IMG/VR virus record: IMGVR_UViG_3300045988_122406
Reading direction: 5' to 3' (one strand)
Length of the DNA: 36,218 bases
Source: a virus
Shown here: piece by piece, positions 6,497 through 16,592 of the stretch
Numbering within the stretch: position 1 is the first letter of the stretch
How the letters are laid out: each line of letters starts with the position of its first letter
The notes under the pieces: model-generated
What the model was told of the DNA's origin: nothing
Databases searched by the model: none
The model's input: the letters and a program-made list of their open reading frames with translations, nothing else
Translations under genes and position numbers: made by a program

Positions 6497-6774
6497 TTGG
6501 TTTTCAGCTCCTCTTCAATGTCGTCAAGCCTGTGGTCCGCAACCTTCACTTTATTCTCAAGGACAGGAACGCGGTGAGCGAAATTGTTATGCTCGCGCAC
6601 CTCTCGAGTCAGCTCCTCGATTTTGGTCTCTGTGACGGCTTGATTTTGTTTTATTTCATATTGCATTTTTCTGTTTGCGGCGAGATTAGTGATGACAACG
6701 CCGACAACCGAGAGTCCGCCTGTAATCAAGGCGGTCAATACTGCTTCACTCAATGTTATCGGTCGCCTCCTCAT
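6493..6774 (-). CDS. Membrane-anchored coiled-coil lysis-associated protein (XhlA-like position)
   Basis: N-terminal TM segment (AVLTALITGGLSVVGVVI) plus coiled coil. ATGA overlap with the holin. Confidence 0.6.
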   Translation of the reverse strand: MRRRPITLSEAVLTALITGGLSVVGVVITNLAANRKMQYEIKQNQAVTETKIEELTREVREHNNFAHRVPVLENKVKVADHRLDDIEEELKTK

Positions 6775-6851
6775 CTTGATTTTGTGGTTTGTGGCGAGTT
6801 TTCAGCGGCTTGTAATTTTCGACCTCGATTATCTCGCCGTTTTTAAATATT

Positions 6852-7934
6852 TTAACCTTCATAATCTGCCCCCCATATTTCGATAGTCATTCCTGCTGGT
6901 AGGAGCTTATCCTCTACCTGCGTGTCAAACTGAATTACATCAATGAAATTTGTTGCGCTGAATGAGAAAACATCACCAGCCATCGCATTATATGCTTTTT
7001 GATTTATTACAATAGGGAATTCGCTTGGGTCGTTATCGTCGTATAATTTGTTCTGTGAATACTGAATATCACCGTGCAGCCAAGGCGAGCAATGTGCCAT
7101 GATTTGGGTTATATGCCTGTCGCTTGTAGACGATACTTTAGCTGCTGTGAGAGTAAGCTCACTCCAAAAGTCCTCATCACCTGTTTCCATTTTGCGCAGA
7201 TTAAGATATACAGCTGTTCGCGATACTGTAGACCACTCGGGCATTAAAAGGCGAATTGCACAGTTACTCAATTTTAAGGGTTTACCCTTTTCATCGACAT
7301 CGCGGATATATTGCGCCACTGATTCCGTGATTGTCTCACGACAGATTTTACGCCATTTCACGCGTCCGCTCTCACCTTGTGGACCCTGTGGACCTTGCTC
7401 ACCCTTTGGACCTTGCTTGCCTTGAATTCCCTGCGGACCTTGCGGTCCTGTGTCGCCTTTGTCGCCTTTAGGTCCTTGCTCGCCGTCTCTTCCTGCTGCG
7501 CCGACATCGCCTTTATCGCCTTTATCGCCCTTTAACTTGCCGTCGGCGATTGCCTTGTTGATAAGCAAATAAAACGCCTCGATTTCGCTTGCTGTGGGCG
7601 GTGTTGCGTCGACTACTTCGTCCGAATAACTGCCTGAGCATACGCTCAGCAGTGTAGGCTGTGGGGAATAGCGCAAGGTCGTCTTGCCGTTGGTTGTTTC
7701 ATAGGCGTAAACGCCGACAAGACAGCGTCCAACACTCAAGCTTGGGGCGAAGCATTCACCATTGGCAAGGGTTACGGCTTGCTCGTTGAACACAGCACGG
7801 ACAGTTAAGCCGTTGAACGCCTCGTCAAGCTCGAACTTGCACTTGACAGTTTCAACATTGCCCGAAGTGAGCGGTGCGCTCTGTTCGAGTTTTATGACGG
7901 ATTGCTCCGTCACTTTAAATTTTAAAGTTGTCAT
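6852..7934 (-). CDS. Collagen-like tail fibre / receptor-binding protein
   Basis: About 19 G-X-Y triplets (GDKGDKGDVGAAGRDGEQGPKGDKGDTGPQGPQGIQGKQGPKGEQGPQGPQGESG) between N- and C-terminal globular parts. Confidence 0.8.
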   Translation of the reverse strand: MTTLKFKVTEQSVIKLEQSAPLTSGNVETVKCKFELDEAFNGLTVRAVFNEQAVTLANGECFAPSLSVGRCLVGVYAYETTNGKTTLRYSPQPTLLSVCSGSYSDEVVDATPPTASEIEAFYLLINKAIADGKLKGDKGDKGDVGAAGRDGEQGPKGDKGDTGPQGPQGIQGKQGPKGEQGPQGPQGESGRVKWRKICRETITESVAQYIRDVDEKGKPLKLSNCAIRLLMPEWSTVSRTAVYLNLRKMETGDEDFWSELTLTAAKVSSTSDRHITQIMAHCSPWLHGDIQYSQNKLYDDNDPSEFPIVINQKAYNAMAGDVFSFSATNFIDVIQFDTQVEDKLLPAGMTIEIWGADYEG

Positions 7935-10087
7935 TTGAGTTTTTCCACTTCCTCTTTTAATTTTTCAATCTCTTGTTGCTGAGATTGAACGAGTTTAACA
8001 ATCGGAGCAATGAGCTCACTGTAGTTGAGCTGCCACAAAAGCTTTTCGTCGGGCACGGTAGGGTCGAAGTATTTCTCCTCGTCGCCGTCAATGACGCTTG
8101 CTTGATACGCGGCTATATCACCGACTGTGGTTTCGGCAGCATCGCGCACTTCTTGAGCAATAAAGCCGTTGTGAGTCCTCTTTCCCTCGCCTGTTTTCAA
8201 CTTATACGACACAGGGCGGAGACTCAATACGAATGCTTTGTTGCGCTCGGCATCAAGGTCTGCAATGTTTTCTTTCAACTTTCTGTCAGAGCCGTTAAAT
8301 GCGCCGTCAGTGCAATATATTGAATGCCACTTATAACTACCTGAGCCGAGATATGCGCCACCGTTAGTGTCAGGACGGAATATTGTCCTTGCGTTTGATG
8401 ACGATTCCTTGAATAGAGAACAATTTGTGCCGTTCTGCGGTTGGAATTGAACCGTTCCGCCGGCAATGATTGTGTTTTTTCCGTCGAGTTTTCTCGCGTA
8501 ACCTATATATGTATGACCGCTGCCGTTTTTTGCGGTAAAGACACTTTTCTCGGTTGCATCGTTGATGCTCGAGCTAAGGTTAACTTTTGTGCAGCTTATC
8601 GCGCCGCCATAAAGGTCGGCACATTCGACATTGCCCTTTGTGTCAACAGCAAACGAATATTCGCCTGCGTTTTGCTCTGCAAGTGATATGAGATATGTTG
8701 CCGTTTCGCTTGTTGTGTCCGATGTGATTTTGAATTTGTAATTCACTCCGCCGACGGCGAAATTTTTTTCGAAAGCTGTATTTGTCAAATCAAAGCCTGC
8801 GATTGTTCCGCTTTCGGCAACGATTTTGCCCTCTGCCGAAAGCTTGAATGTGTCGGAATCAATTTCAATACGATTTGCCTTGAGCGATATTTTTTCAGGG
8901 GATTGGTTAATCTCCGAAACGACATCGCCCTTGCTGACTTTGAGTTGCAAGCCGCTCGATAGTCGATTGATTTCGCTTGTGACGCCTTTCAGCTTGCTGT
9001 CCGCCGTGTATGTTATCTCTTCGGTTTTGGATGTTAAGCTGCTTTCGACGCTCTGCGTCAAGCCGTTTGACAGCGTTATTGCGCTCTTGGTAAAGACGAA
9101 AGGATAATCAAGATTGTCCTTTTTATTGGTAATGTTAACAAAGTCGCCTATGTCGTACCATGCAACGCCTGTTGTGTTCGCTGTGACGCTCGTTAGCGTC
9201 TTACCGAGCAGATACGCCGTGTAGTTAGATTTGACGGCATTCAGCTGCTCTGCGGCTGTGCTCGAATTATCGACGAGATATTCAACAATCGGGTTGTCCG
9301 ATATCGTGACTTGCACCTCTGTCGACGCTTCGTTGCTCAATATCTTTTGAATGCCTGCTGTGCCGTTAAGCTGAACACCCGAAATCTGCACGCTGTCATT
9401 AATGCTTGCGCTCGTGAGGTCTTGCAATTCAATTTTTGTGCTTTCGACCTCACCCGGTCTTATTAGAACAAGCTTGTTGTCCTTAACCCGAATTATTCCG
9501 CAGAGAACCTCCGCAATGTCCTCAAGCAAGTCGCGGTAGGTTTGGCTTGAATAAGCGCTCGCAATAACTGTGTACGCAGTCATATCGGGTAGCGTCGAGG
9601 TAACCCCGACGCTGTTTAAAATTCCAATTGCTCCGTTGAGCAGTTCCTGCACTGATATAGTCTTTTCGGCATCGACTGCGTCGTCGGTTGTATCGTTGCC
9701 TTTCTCATCCTCAATCGTTGGGATTTCTGTCATTGTATTGACAAGGGCATCATATGCTGTGATTGTCCACATATCCGTGTCGGTGTTATAACCTGTGCCG
9801 TCATCGTTCGACAAGAAGAACTTGCCGTAATTGATGTACTCAAAGCCGTTGTCGGTTTCAACTCCGATTTTGACATTGTCAATCACGCCGTCAGGAGCGC
9901 TAAAATCGCCGCGAATTGTTGCGGTAATGCTTTGCATTGCCGTCGACGGAAAGCCACCGTCAATGTTCACAGTTAAGCTCTCAATAGCGCTCAAATCATA
10001 TACAGTGTTACCGACTATGATTTGTGCGTCAAACCGACGCCCTGTGTCGCGCATTGCGGCGATAAAATCCGTAGTTACATTATGCAT
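7931..10087 (-). CDS. Tail tip/fibre protein with a C-terminal peptidase-S74 intramolecular chaperone domain
   Basis: 718 aa. The C-terminus SDRKLKENIADL...LRPVSYKLK...HNGFIAQEV...LNYSELIAPIVKLVQ is the S74 autoproteolytic chaperone pattern. Confidence 0.8.
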   Translation of the reverse strand: MHNVTTDFIAAMRDTGRRFDAQIIVGNTVYDLSAIESLTVNIDGGFPSTAMQSITATIRGDFSAPDGVIDNVKIGVETDNGFEYINYGKFFLSNDDGTGYNTDTDMWTITAYDALVNTMTEIPTIEDEKGNDTTDDAVDAEKTISVQELLNGAIGILNSVGVTSTLPDMTAYTVIASAYSSQTYRDLLEDIAEVLCGIIRVKDNKLVLIRPGEVESTKIELQDLTSASINDSVQISGVQLNGTAGIQKILSNEASTEVQVTISDNPIVEYLVDNSSTAAEQLNAVKSNYTAYLLGKTLTSVTANTTGVAWYDIGDFVNITNKKDNLDYPFVFTKSAITLSNGLTQSVESSLTSKTEEITYTADSKLKGVTSEINRLSSGLQLKVSKGDVVSEINQSPEKISLKANRIEIDSDTFKLSAEGKIVAESGTIAGFDLTNTAFEKNFAVGGVNYKFKITSDTTSETATYLISLAEQNAGEYSFAVDTKGNVECADLYGGAISCTKVNLSSSINDATEKSVFTAKNGSGHTYIGYARKLDGKNTIIAGGTVQFQPQNGTNCSLFKESSSNARTIFRPDTNGGAYLGSGSYKWHSIYCTDGAFNGSDRKLKENIADLDAERNKAFVLSLRPVSYKLKTGEGKRTHNGFIAQEVRDAAETTVGDIAAYQASVIDGDEEKYFDPTVPDEKLLWQLNYSELIAPIVKLVQSQQQEIEKLKEEVEKLK

Positions 10088-10091
10088 CTCA

Positions 10092-10526
10092 TCACTCCTT
10101 ACTTATTGCGACGGCAACCACAGAAATTGAATCATATTTATTTTTTTTCGGGTTGCTTGTGTTGATATATTTATGCGTGATTGACACACTGTCGAAATAG
10201 AACGATTGCGTTTTCATCGACGCGATTTGCGCGTCATAGAATTTGCATGAGGCGGAAGTTTGACTCAGCAACTGCATAATCCCCTCAACATCCTTATAAT
10301 TGAGTTTTGTGCCGCTGATATTCGCGGTTATCTTAGGGAATATGCCGACAATTGTGCCTTTATAGTCGCCGCTCATCGTTCTGCCTGCGTCACTGCCCCA
10401 TAATTTCTCGTGGCTAACGCTGAAGTCATTTTTTATGTACGGAATTGGGACATATTCGCCTTTTGCGTAAGTCCTGCCTTTGATTGTAACGCTTGAGCCG
10501 CCGTTTTTAATATAAAGCACAGCCAT
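10092..10526 (-). CDS. Distal tail protein-like (by position, directly after the TMP)
   Basis: 144-aa ORF. TAATG junction with the TMP gene. Confidence 0.55.
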   Translation of the reverse strand: MAVLYIKNGGSSVTIKGRTYAKGEYVPIPYIKNDFSVSHEKLWGSDAGRTMSGDYKGTIVGIFPKITANISGTKLNYKDVEGIMQLLSQTSASCKFYDAQIASMKTQSFYFDSVSITHKYINTSNPKKNKYDSISVVAVAISKE

Positions 10527-13500
10527 TATACAACGCCCCCATTCATTCTGATGTTCCGCCTACCGTTGACTTGTGATATTTTCTTTGCGATTGTTTCGCC
10601 GTCGAGGGTGATTATTGTCTGCAATACCTCGCCGTTAGCGTTGATTCTGTTTGCAATTCGCTCGGCAAGCAAATCCATCCAACCTGTGTTGTTCTCAAGT
10701 GGGAGAATTGCCTCTGTTCCTGCCTCGCCGACAGTAGCCGTGACACCTCTGCCCGGATTGTTGACGATGCCGCCGCGTGCAAGCTTCGGTGGGGAAACAG
10801 TGCTAATTTTCATGCCTCTTGGCAATATCTTGTTGAGAACGCCGATAACTTTGTTGACCATGTTACAAAGTGAAGTCAAGATTTTCTTTATTGCATTGGT
10901 GATTCCGTCTTTCAATTTGGTCGTAATGGTTTCAGCCTTGCTTTTTATGCCGTCCCAACTCTTTTTGGCTTTTGAAAACGACTTAGCAATTGAACCTTTA
11001 ACGGTTTTCCAATTTGTCTTGTTTTTAATCGAATCCCATTTTGTTTTGAGATTTTTGAACTTGTTGTGAACGCTACCTTTGATTGTTTTCCAATTCGTCT
11101 TATTCTTAATTGAATCCCATTTGCTTTTGAGATTTTTGAACTTTTTGTGAATTTCGCCTTTGATTGTTGCCGAAGCGGTTTTGCCTTTTTCTTTAATCGA
11201 ATCCCATTTGTCTTTCAAGTCATCGAATGTCGGGAGAACATTGCCGCCAATACTAACAGTAAGTTCTTTTAAGCCGTCCCAAGCCTCTGTGATTTTGCTA
11301 AATACATTGTCTTGAAACCACTTTTTGATGTCTTTGAGCCAATCCACAATACCGTTAAATGCACCCTCAATGAGGTTCTTACCAAGGTCGATAATATCTT
11401 GATTTTTCGACGGCGAGTGAATATCGAACGCCTCTTTAAAGCCATTAATGAATGGGTCGAGGATATGCTCTTTCATCCACTCCCCGACATCCTTAAGCCA
11501 ATTTACAATACCGTTGAAAATGCCCTCAATTACATTGCCTCCTGCTTCGTCAATAGAATCGTCAAAGTAGCTTGTAATGTTTGAAAATGCGTCATTGAAA
11601 ATCTCTCCGAGCTTTTGGGCAATTTTGAACACCTTACCGACAGCCGCACCGAGTGCCTCAAAGGCACTTTCTGCAATGCCTTCCCAATCGATGTTTTTTA
11701 CAAAATCGACAATATCATCGATTATTGCGTCGGTATCAAGATTTTTTATAAAACCTGTTACGGTTTTAAACGCGCCGCTTATCGAGTCCGACATGTTGGA
11801 CGCTATTTTCCCCCAATCAATATTGTTAAACCACGAATTTACCGTGTCGCCGATTTTGCCACCGAAATTTTTAAAATCAAAGCCCGAAGTGCCTTTTTTT
11901 TCATCGCCGTTAAAAAAGCCGTATAAGGTGTCAGTTATGATTTTTATTTTCGCGGATAAAGTTTTTCCAAGTTCGTCAGTATCGACCGAATCAACAAGGT
12001 GATTCATTCCATCGGCAAATCCTGCTCCGAGACCGTTCCAATCAATGTTGTCAACAAGAGTGTTAATGCCCATTGTGACGGTGTTTATTGCCTCGCCTAC
12101 ATTATTGCCGACTTTTCCCCAATCAAGTTCATCAATAAAACCATTAACTGCGTCGCTTAAGTCTTTACAAAATGTTTTGACTTTAGTTTGAATGCCGCTC
12201 CAATTGATGTCATCAAGTGCAGAGTTAATTGTTCCGGCAATCGTTCTGCCAATGCTGCCCCAATCTCCTGCTTTGAATTTTTCAATAATTTGATTCATCC
12301 AAGAATCAAGGCTTGATGTCTCAAAGATAGCACCGCCTTCGCCGGAAGAACTGCCACCGGACGAACTGCTTGACGATGAGTTGTCGCTCAGCTTATTTGC
12401 GACATCAAAGCTCGCCATTTGATTTTTGTATTCTTTGGCAGCTTTTGCCGCGTCCTCTGTGGCTGACGCTGTCTTCTCCGCTTGTTTGGCGTTATATTTC
12501 GCAACAAGGCTTGTGCCTGTAAATGCTTGATATATCGCGTCTGCAAATGTCACAGCCTTGCTTAACATTGACACAAGGGCATTGATTAATGGGCTTATTG
12601 CCTCACCCAAAACGCCCTTAGCCGCGTTCAACTGTGTTTGCAATTTTTCGTTGTTTTCCATTGCCGACGAAACTACTTGTTTAAACAACATCATTGCAGA
12701 GCGAGCGCCGAGTAGTGCAAGTCCTACCCTTGTGAATTTCTTTTTCAAGTTCTCAGCCGGAGAAAGCGACGATTTCAAATTAACACCGAATTTAGAGCCC
12801 AAACTGCTCACTTTTTGAAATGCGCTTCTAACCTTTGAAATAGCTGTTTTTAGCCGATTGGCGGCTGTGTGTAAACCGTTCCAAACACGCGAGGCGGCTT
12901 TTGAAACCGCTTGAAACGCGCGTGTACTCGTGACAGCCTCTTTCACTTTGTTTTTAACCGCTCCGATTTTATTGAACAGCGTTGAAAATGCGACTCCCAC
13001 GCCTTGTAATGGGAGCGTCATCGTGCGGAATGCTCTGACAAGTCCGTTACTTGAGTTTTTGGCAGTTTCGCACTTTTGGGTAAACTGTCCTAATCCGCTG
13101 TTTAAACGCTGTTCTGCGTCCTCGCTTTGCCGAATCGCGGTGACAAGTTCTTTAACCTCTCCGTTGGCGGCTTTGAGTTTCGTCTCCGTTTCCTCGACTT
13201 GTGAAAGAAAACCGCTGTATTGATTTTTTAAATCTTGCACATCAAGGATGTGAGCGTTTTCAACCGCTTGTTTTTGTTGCGGAATTTTTGCATTTGTCAA
13301 ATTTTGTTGATAATCGGCTTCGTTTTTTTGATATTTTTTAGTAAGCTCTTGGGCGGCATCTGATTGGAATAGCTCGCTCTTTTTCTTTTTCAGTTTTTCA
13401 ATCTCTTTGTCGAGCTTGTCGAGCCTTTCCTCAGCTTCCGAGACATCAATTTGATATTTCGTCGGGTCTTTCGCGACATCAATTGTTTTTTGAATGTCGT

Positions 13501-13801
13501 TCTTGATGTACGAAAATGTTTCGGCGACATAATCCTTTGCAGCGTTTAAATCGCTTTTGATTTTTTCGCTGTCAACATTGACACTGATTGTGTTTTTTAA
13601 CTTGTCTTTGAGTTTTTCAAAAACGCTTGACAAGTTTTTTACACCTTTCTCAGCCGTTTTTGTGTCAATGTTGAGGTCGGTTTTCGCCGTCTGCTCCATT
13701 GTGTTCTTGACCTCGTCAAGAGCTTTTGACAAGTTCTTTGCGTTTTGTTCCGCTTTTTGAGAATTAAACGCAACATCAATGCGTATCTTGTTGTCTGCCA
13801 T
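10526..13801 (-). CDS. Tape measure protein
   Basis: 1091 aa, coiled-coil N-terminus, repeated W/F-spaced motifs (IDWxxI; KWDSIKNKTNWKT x2), located after the tail chaperone genes. Confidence 0.88.
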   Translation of the reverse strand: MADNKIRIDVAFNSQKAEQNAKNLSKALDEVKNTMEQTAKTDLNIDTKTAEKGVKNLSSVFEKLKDKLKNTISVNVDSEKIKSDLNAAKDYVAETFSYIKNDIQKTIDVAKDPTKYQIDVSEAEERLDKLDKEIEKLKKKKSELFQSDAAQELTKKYQKNEADYQQNLTNAKIPQQKQAVENAHILDVQDLKNQYSGFLSQVEETETKLKAANGEVKELVTAIRQSEDAEQRLNSGLGQFTQKCETAKNSSNGLVRAFRTMTLPLQGVGVAFSTLFNKIGAVKNKVKEAVTSTRAFQAVSKAASRVWNGLHTAANRLKTAISKVRSAFQKVSSLGSKFGVNLKSSLSPAENLKKKFTRVGLALLGARSAMMLFKQVVSSAMENNEKLQTQLNAAKGVLGEAISPLINALVSMLSKAVTFADAIYQAFTGTSLVAKYNAKQAEKTASATEDAAKAAKEYKNQMASFDVANKLSDNSSSSSSSGGSSSGEGGAIFETSSLDSWMNQIIEKFKAGDWGSIGRTIAGTINSALDDINWSGIQTKVKTFCKDLSDAVNGFIDELDWGKVGNNVGEAINTVTMGINTLVDNIDWNGLGAGFADGMNHLVDSVDTDELGKTLSAKIKIITDTLYGFFNGDEKKGTSGFDFKNFGGKIGDTVNSWFNNIDWGKIASNMSDSISGAFKTVTGFIKNLDTDAIIDDIVDFVKNIDWEGIAESAFEALGAAVGKVFKIAQKLGEIFNDAFSNITSYFDDSIDEAGGNVIEGIFNGIVNWLKDVGEWMKEHILDPFINGFKEAFDIHSPSKNQDIIDLGKNLIEGAFNGIVDWLKDIKKWFQDNVFSKITEAWDGLKELTVSIGGNVLPTFDDLKDKWDSIKEKGKTASATIKGEIHKKFKNLKSKWDSIKNKTNWKTIKGSVHNKFKNLKTKWDSIKNKTNWKTVKGSIAKSFSKAKKSWDGIKSKAETITTKLKDGITNAIKKILTSLCNMVNKVIGVLNKILPRGMKISTVSPPKLARGGIVNNPGRGVTATVGEAGTEAILPLENNTGWMDLLAERIANRINANGEVLQTIITLDGETIAKKISQVNGRRNIRMNGGVV

Positions 13802-13813
13802 GTCCTCACATCC

Positions 13814-14356
13814 TTATTTGAATCGTGCTTCGAATATGTCCTCCGACTCCTGTTCCTCTTTAGTGAGTCTATGCGGCAGTGCAACAGCTTCTTTTGCTTT
13901 TAGAATTTCGCGCTTGTCTTTCTCTGACCAATTGCTCACATCCATTGTGCGAAGCGACCGAACGCGAGATAAAACGCTGTGCTCTGTCAAGCCTGCTATG
14001 AGGTCGCAGAAAAGCCAAAAATGCGGATTTTCCTTGTTCAGGTCGATTTTGTAATCGCTCATGAACGAAGCAACAATATACGGCTCGTCATAAATCAAGT
14101 CCATGTCGGGCTCTGTGTCGCTATTCTCGCCGTTTTCGTTCTTGGATAAGAACTTTTGCGCTTGGACTAAATAGTCTTGCCACAGTTCATTGTCGCTCGG
14201 AATGTAGCCGTATAGCGTGTAAATGATAGCGAGGGCGCGCTCATAGTCGCCGATGCCGTTATCATTCACTATCTTCAAGCATTTTAGGGCTGTTTTGGTA
14301 TCTGTCTTGATTTTGACTTTTTCGCCGCGAATTCTCACATATTCGGGGTAAGTCAT
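13814..14356 (-). CDS. Tail assembly chaperone-position protein (Gp15-like)
   Basis: 180 aa, between the major tail protein and the TMP. Confidence 0.6.
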   Translation of the reverse strand: MTYPEYVRIRGEKVKIKTDTKTALKCLKIVNDNGIGDYERALAIIYTLYGYIPSDNELWQDYLVQAQKFLSKNENGENSDTEPDMDLIYDEPYIVASFMSDYKIDLNKENPHFWLFCDLIAGLTEHSVLSRVRSLRTMDVSNWSEKDKREILKAKEAVALPHRLTKEEQESEDIFEARFK

Positions 14357-14808
14357 TCAAGGACATCCTCATCGGATTCGCTGTATTTCTGCTCGATTCT
14401 TTCGATTGATTTCTTGCTTGATATTCCGATTTTTTCAAGGTGAGGCTTTAACGCATCAAAAAGGTCGTTATACATATCAGGATAGTTTCGGTCGCCAAAG
14501 ATTTTTTGAACGCCGCCTGCTCCCAAGAACTCGTCCATAGCTTCGCGCATCTGCTTGTAGAACTCTTTATAAAGCTGTCGCCTTTTTTCGTCCTTATTGC
14601 TGACAAGTCCGTGTGAGCATTCTTTCTGCTTCTCGATTAACGCCTCTTTGCGTGTAAGGTCTTTTGTAAGCTGTTCGACTTTCAGATAAGCATCGTTGAA
14701 TTTAAAGGGAAGTTCTATATCTTCCGTATCAAAAACGATTGTCTCGCCCTTGTCGTTAACCTCGATTTCGTATAGTCCTTTTTTAATGTCAAGATTTAAT
14801 TTCTCCAT
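14353..14808 (-). CDS. Tail assembly chaperone-position protein
   Basis: GAGGTGA RBS before ATG 14808. Acidic C-terminus. ATGA overlap with the next gene. Confidence 0.6.
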   Translation of the reverse strand: MEKLNLDIKKGLYEIEVNDKGETIVFDTEDIELPFKFNDAYLKVEQLTKDLTRKEALIEKQKECSHGLVSNKDEKRRQLYKEFYKQMREAMDEFLGAGGVQKIFGDRNYPDMYNDLFDALKPHLEKIGISSKKSIERIEQKYSESDEDVLE

Positions 14809-14863
14809 GAATAAAATCACCTCATAAAACAAAATAGGCGGCAAAAGCCGCCTATTAATTTAA

Positions 14864-15370
14864 TTATTCTGTTGCGCTGTTAGCAGTGAATGTTGGGGTT
14901 GCACCTGTGAATGCAGCAGTTCCGAGAGTCGGGTCACCGTTGAATGAACAGGTGTAATTCAACGACGCAGAGCCGCCGCCACCTTCGCCGCCGAACTCAC
15001 TAAATTGCAATGTGCAACGATTAAGTTCTGCCGCGTATTTCGCGTTGTCGGTTGTGTCGTATTTATACACAACAAGGCATTGAGTCTCTGCGTCTGTGCC
15101 CGTTGCTCTATTCTGACGGAGTGCATCAAGATACTTGAATAACTCGTCATCGTTGTAGCAAGTAAGCTCACCTTCGAATGATACGGCGTATTTTTCGAGG
15201 GATGTCGAGGGGGTGTTTTCGTCAACCCACTTGTCCTCCTCAGTTTCACCGTCATATTTGAGCTTCAACTCGCCTTGTTTTCTCACTCTTGCCCACTTCG
15301 GTGAGGTTGAGCTATCGCCAATGTCGATAAATGCGGCAATGGCGGAAGTTTTAATTTTTGTGTTTGCCAT
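14864..15370 (-). CDS. Major tail protein
   Basis: 168 aa. Position and composition are typical of siphovirus tail tube proteins. Confidence 0.7.
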   Translation of the reverse strand: MANTKIKTSAIAAFIDIGDSSTSPKWARVRKQGELKLKYDGETEEDKWVDENTPSTSLEKYAVSFEGELTCYNDDELFKYLDALRQNRATGTDAETQCLVVYKYDTTDNAKYAAELNRCTLQFSEFGGEGGGGSASLNYTCSFNGDPTLGTAAFTGATPTFTANSATE

Positions 15371-15375
15371 AGGTT

Positions 15376-15807
15376 TTACTCCTTGTCATATATCAATTGA
15401 CATTGACATTGATACTTCGCATAGCGTTGGCTATTTTCAATGCCGTAAAGATAGCCACTACTTGTTGCCTTAATGCTGAATGGAGTCATTCCGTCGGGCA
15501 TATCGGGCAAGTCGTCGTTCTCGGTGCATTCCTCAAGCCACTGTTGGAAATGCTCAAAAAAGCCGCTATTATTAATATTGTTCTCGCGTTCCTGATTCCA
15601 CGCAAATCGCGCGGAAAAAGCGAAAACAAACTGTCTTTCGGTACTGCCGTCAATGTATCGTGTCAATATTGTTTCGGTCGGCTGTTCGTCAATTGAATAG
15701 CCGCCGTCATTTGGGGAAAGAAAATCGACATTTATATTTTTAAGTTCATCAAGATAAGGGCATTTTTTTACAAATTCCCTCACACTTTCAATTATCGTTT
15801 TGTTCAT
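15376..15807 (-). CDS. Tail completion/terminator protein (by position)
   Basis: 143-aa ORF in the tightly packed connector block. Confidence 0.5.
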   Translation of the reverse strand: MNKTIIESVREFVKKCPYLDELKNINVDFLSPNDGGYSIDEQPTETILTRYIDGSTERQFVFAFSARFAWNQERENNINNSGFFEHFQQWLEECTENDDLPDMPDGMTPFSIKATSSGYLYGIENSQRYAKYQCQCQLIYDKE

Positions 15808-16247
15808 TTCGTTAACTCGCTTGTAATGAATTTTTCTGTTGATTCAATAAGACTGTTCTTATTCGCAAGCCATGCGCGCTCAACCCAATGAGAGCCGCGC
15901 GTTGGCGCGCCTTGATACTTCAAATCTCTGTCTGTTAACTTTTTCTGTGCCATTGGTCGACTCCAAAAACCATAATCCTTGTTGAAAAAAGCTCCCTTGC
16001 CTGTGATTGGGTCGACCATAAGCTTGCCGTAATACTGATACCGTGCATATGGCGTTTCGTATTCAATTGCATTGCCGTCATCAACTACACGCCCCGAACT
16101 CTTCAAAATTCCCGAATCGTAAGGGGTATATGGGTCACTTTCGGCAAGCAGCCTATCAGAAAAGAACTTCTGCGCCTGCGGTTTCACACGCTCGAAGTCT
16201 AAGCTATCGAGCGCAGACGCGTCAACGGTGTAAACGAGTGTTGCCAT
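15804..16247 (-). CDS. Head-tail joining protein (HK97 gp10-like position)
   Basis: 147-aa ORF with a 4-nt overlap with its neighbour. Confidence 0.5.
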   Translation of the reverse strand: MATLVYTVDASALDSLDFERVKPQAQKFFSDRLLAESDPYTPYDSGILKSSGRVVDDGNAIEYETPYARYQYYGKLMVDPITGKGAFFNKDYGFWSRPMAQKKLTDRDLKYQGAPTRGSHWVERAWLANKNSLIESTEKFITSELTK

Positions 16248-16250
16248 TCG

Positions 16251-16592
16251 TCACACCGCCTTTATCGTGATGTTGTCAACATCCGAATTGCAAAGATTTT
16301 CAGTAACAGCAGTGACCTTGTAAAATTCGTCAAGCTCTGTAAGGCTTGATATAGCAGAGCCTCTGCCTCTTACAATGATGTCACCCGGCAAAACGCGCCA
16401 ATGCTTCGACTCATATCTGTGGGCGTTTTCGGCGTTCGTTACAATGATGATTTCACCGCTGTTTTGTTCGCCGTTGCTCTCGACTGAGCCGTTGAGTGTC
16501 TGCTCAACATAAACGCCATTAAGATATGTCGTTGAATAAGTGTCAGGCTTGTTGATATAGCGATATATTGTAATATCATGTGGGAACATCAC
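16251..16592 (-). CDS. Head closure / minor capsid protein (by position)
   Basis: 113-aa ORF. Confidence 0.5.
   Translation of the reverse strand: MMFPHDITIYRYINKPDTYSTTYLNGVYVEQTLNGSVESNGEQNSGEIIIVTNAENAHRYESKHWRVLPGDIIVRGRGSAISSLTELDEFYKVTAVTENLCNSDVDNITIKAV

Noticed and set aside
6852-10087. Diversity-generating retroelement or retron acting on the fibre genes
   Set aside because: No reverse transcriptase ORF is present anywhere in the 36 kb. I found no template/variable repeat pair with adenine-specific differences.
10551-13760. Several 60-170-aa + strand ORFs inside the tape-measure gene, and similar antisense ORFs in the portal, terL and capsid genes
   Set aside because: They lie antisense to long, well-supported genes. 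They have no RBS, and their composition is hydrophobic or low-complexity, which is typical of shadow frames.
14340-14420. Canonical -1 programmed frameshift joining the two tail-chaperone ORFs (the G/GT paradigm)
   Set aside because: The downstream ORF is in the -1 frame, but a TGA in that frame lies immediately before its ATG. No fusion product can therefore form upstream. The junction is a simple ATGA overlap, and I saw no slippery heptamer.
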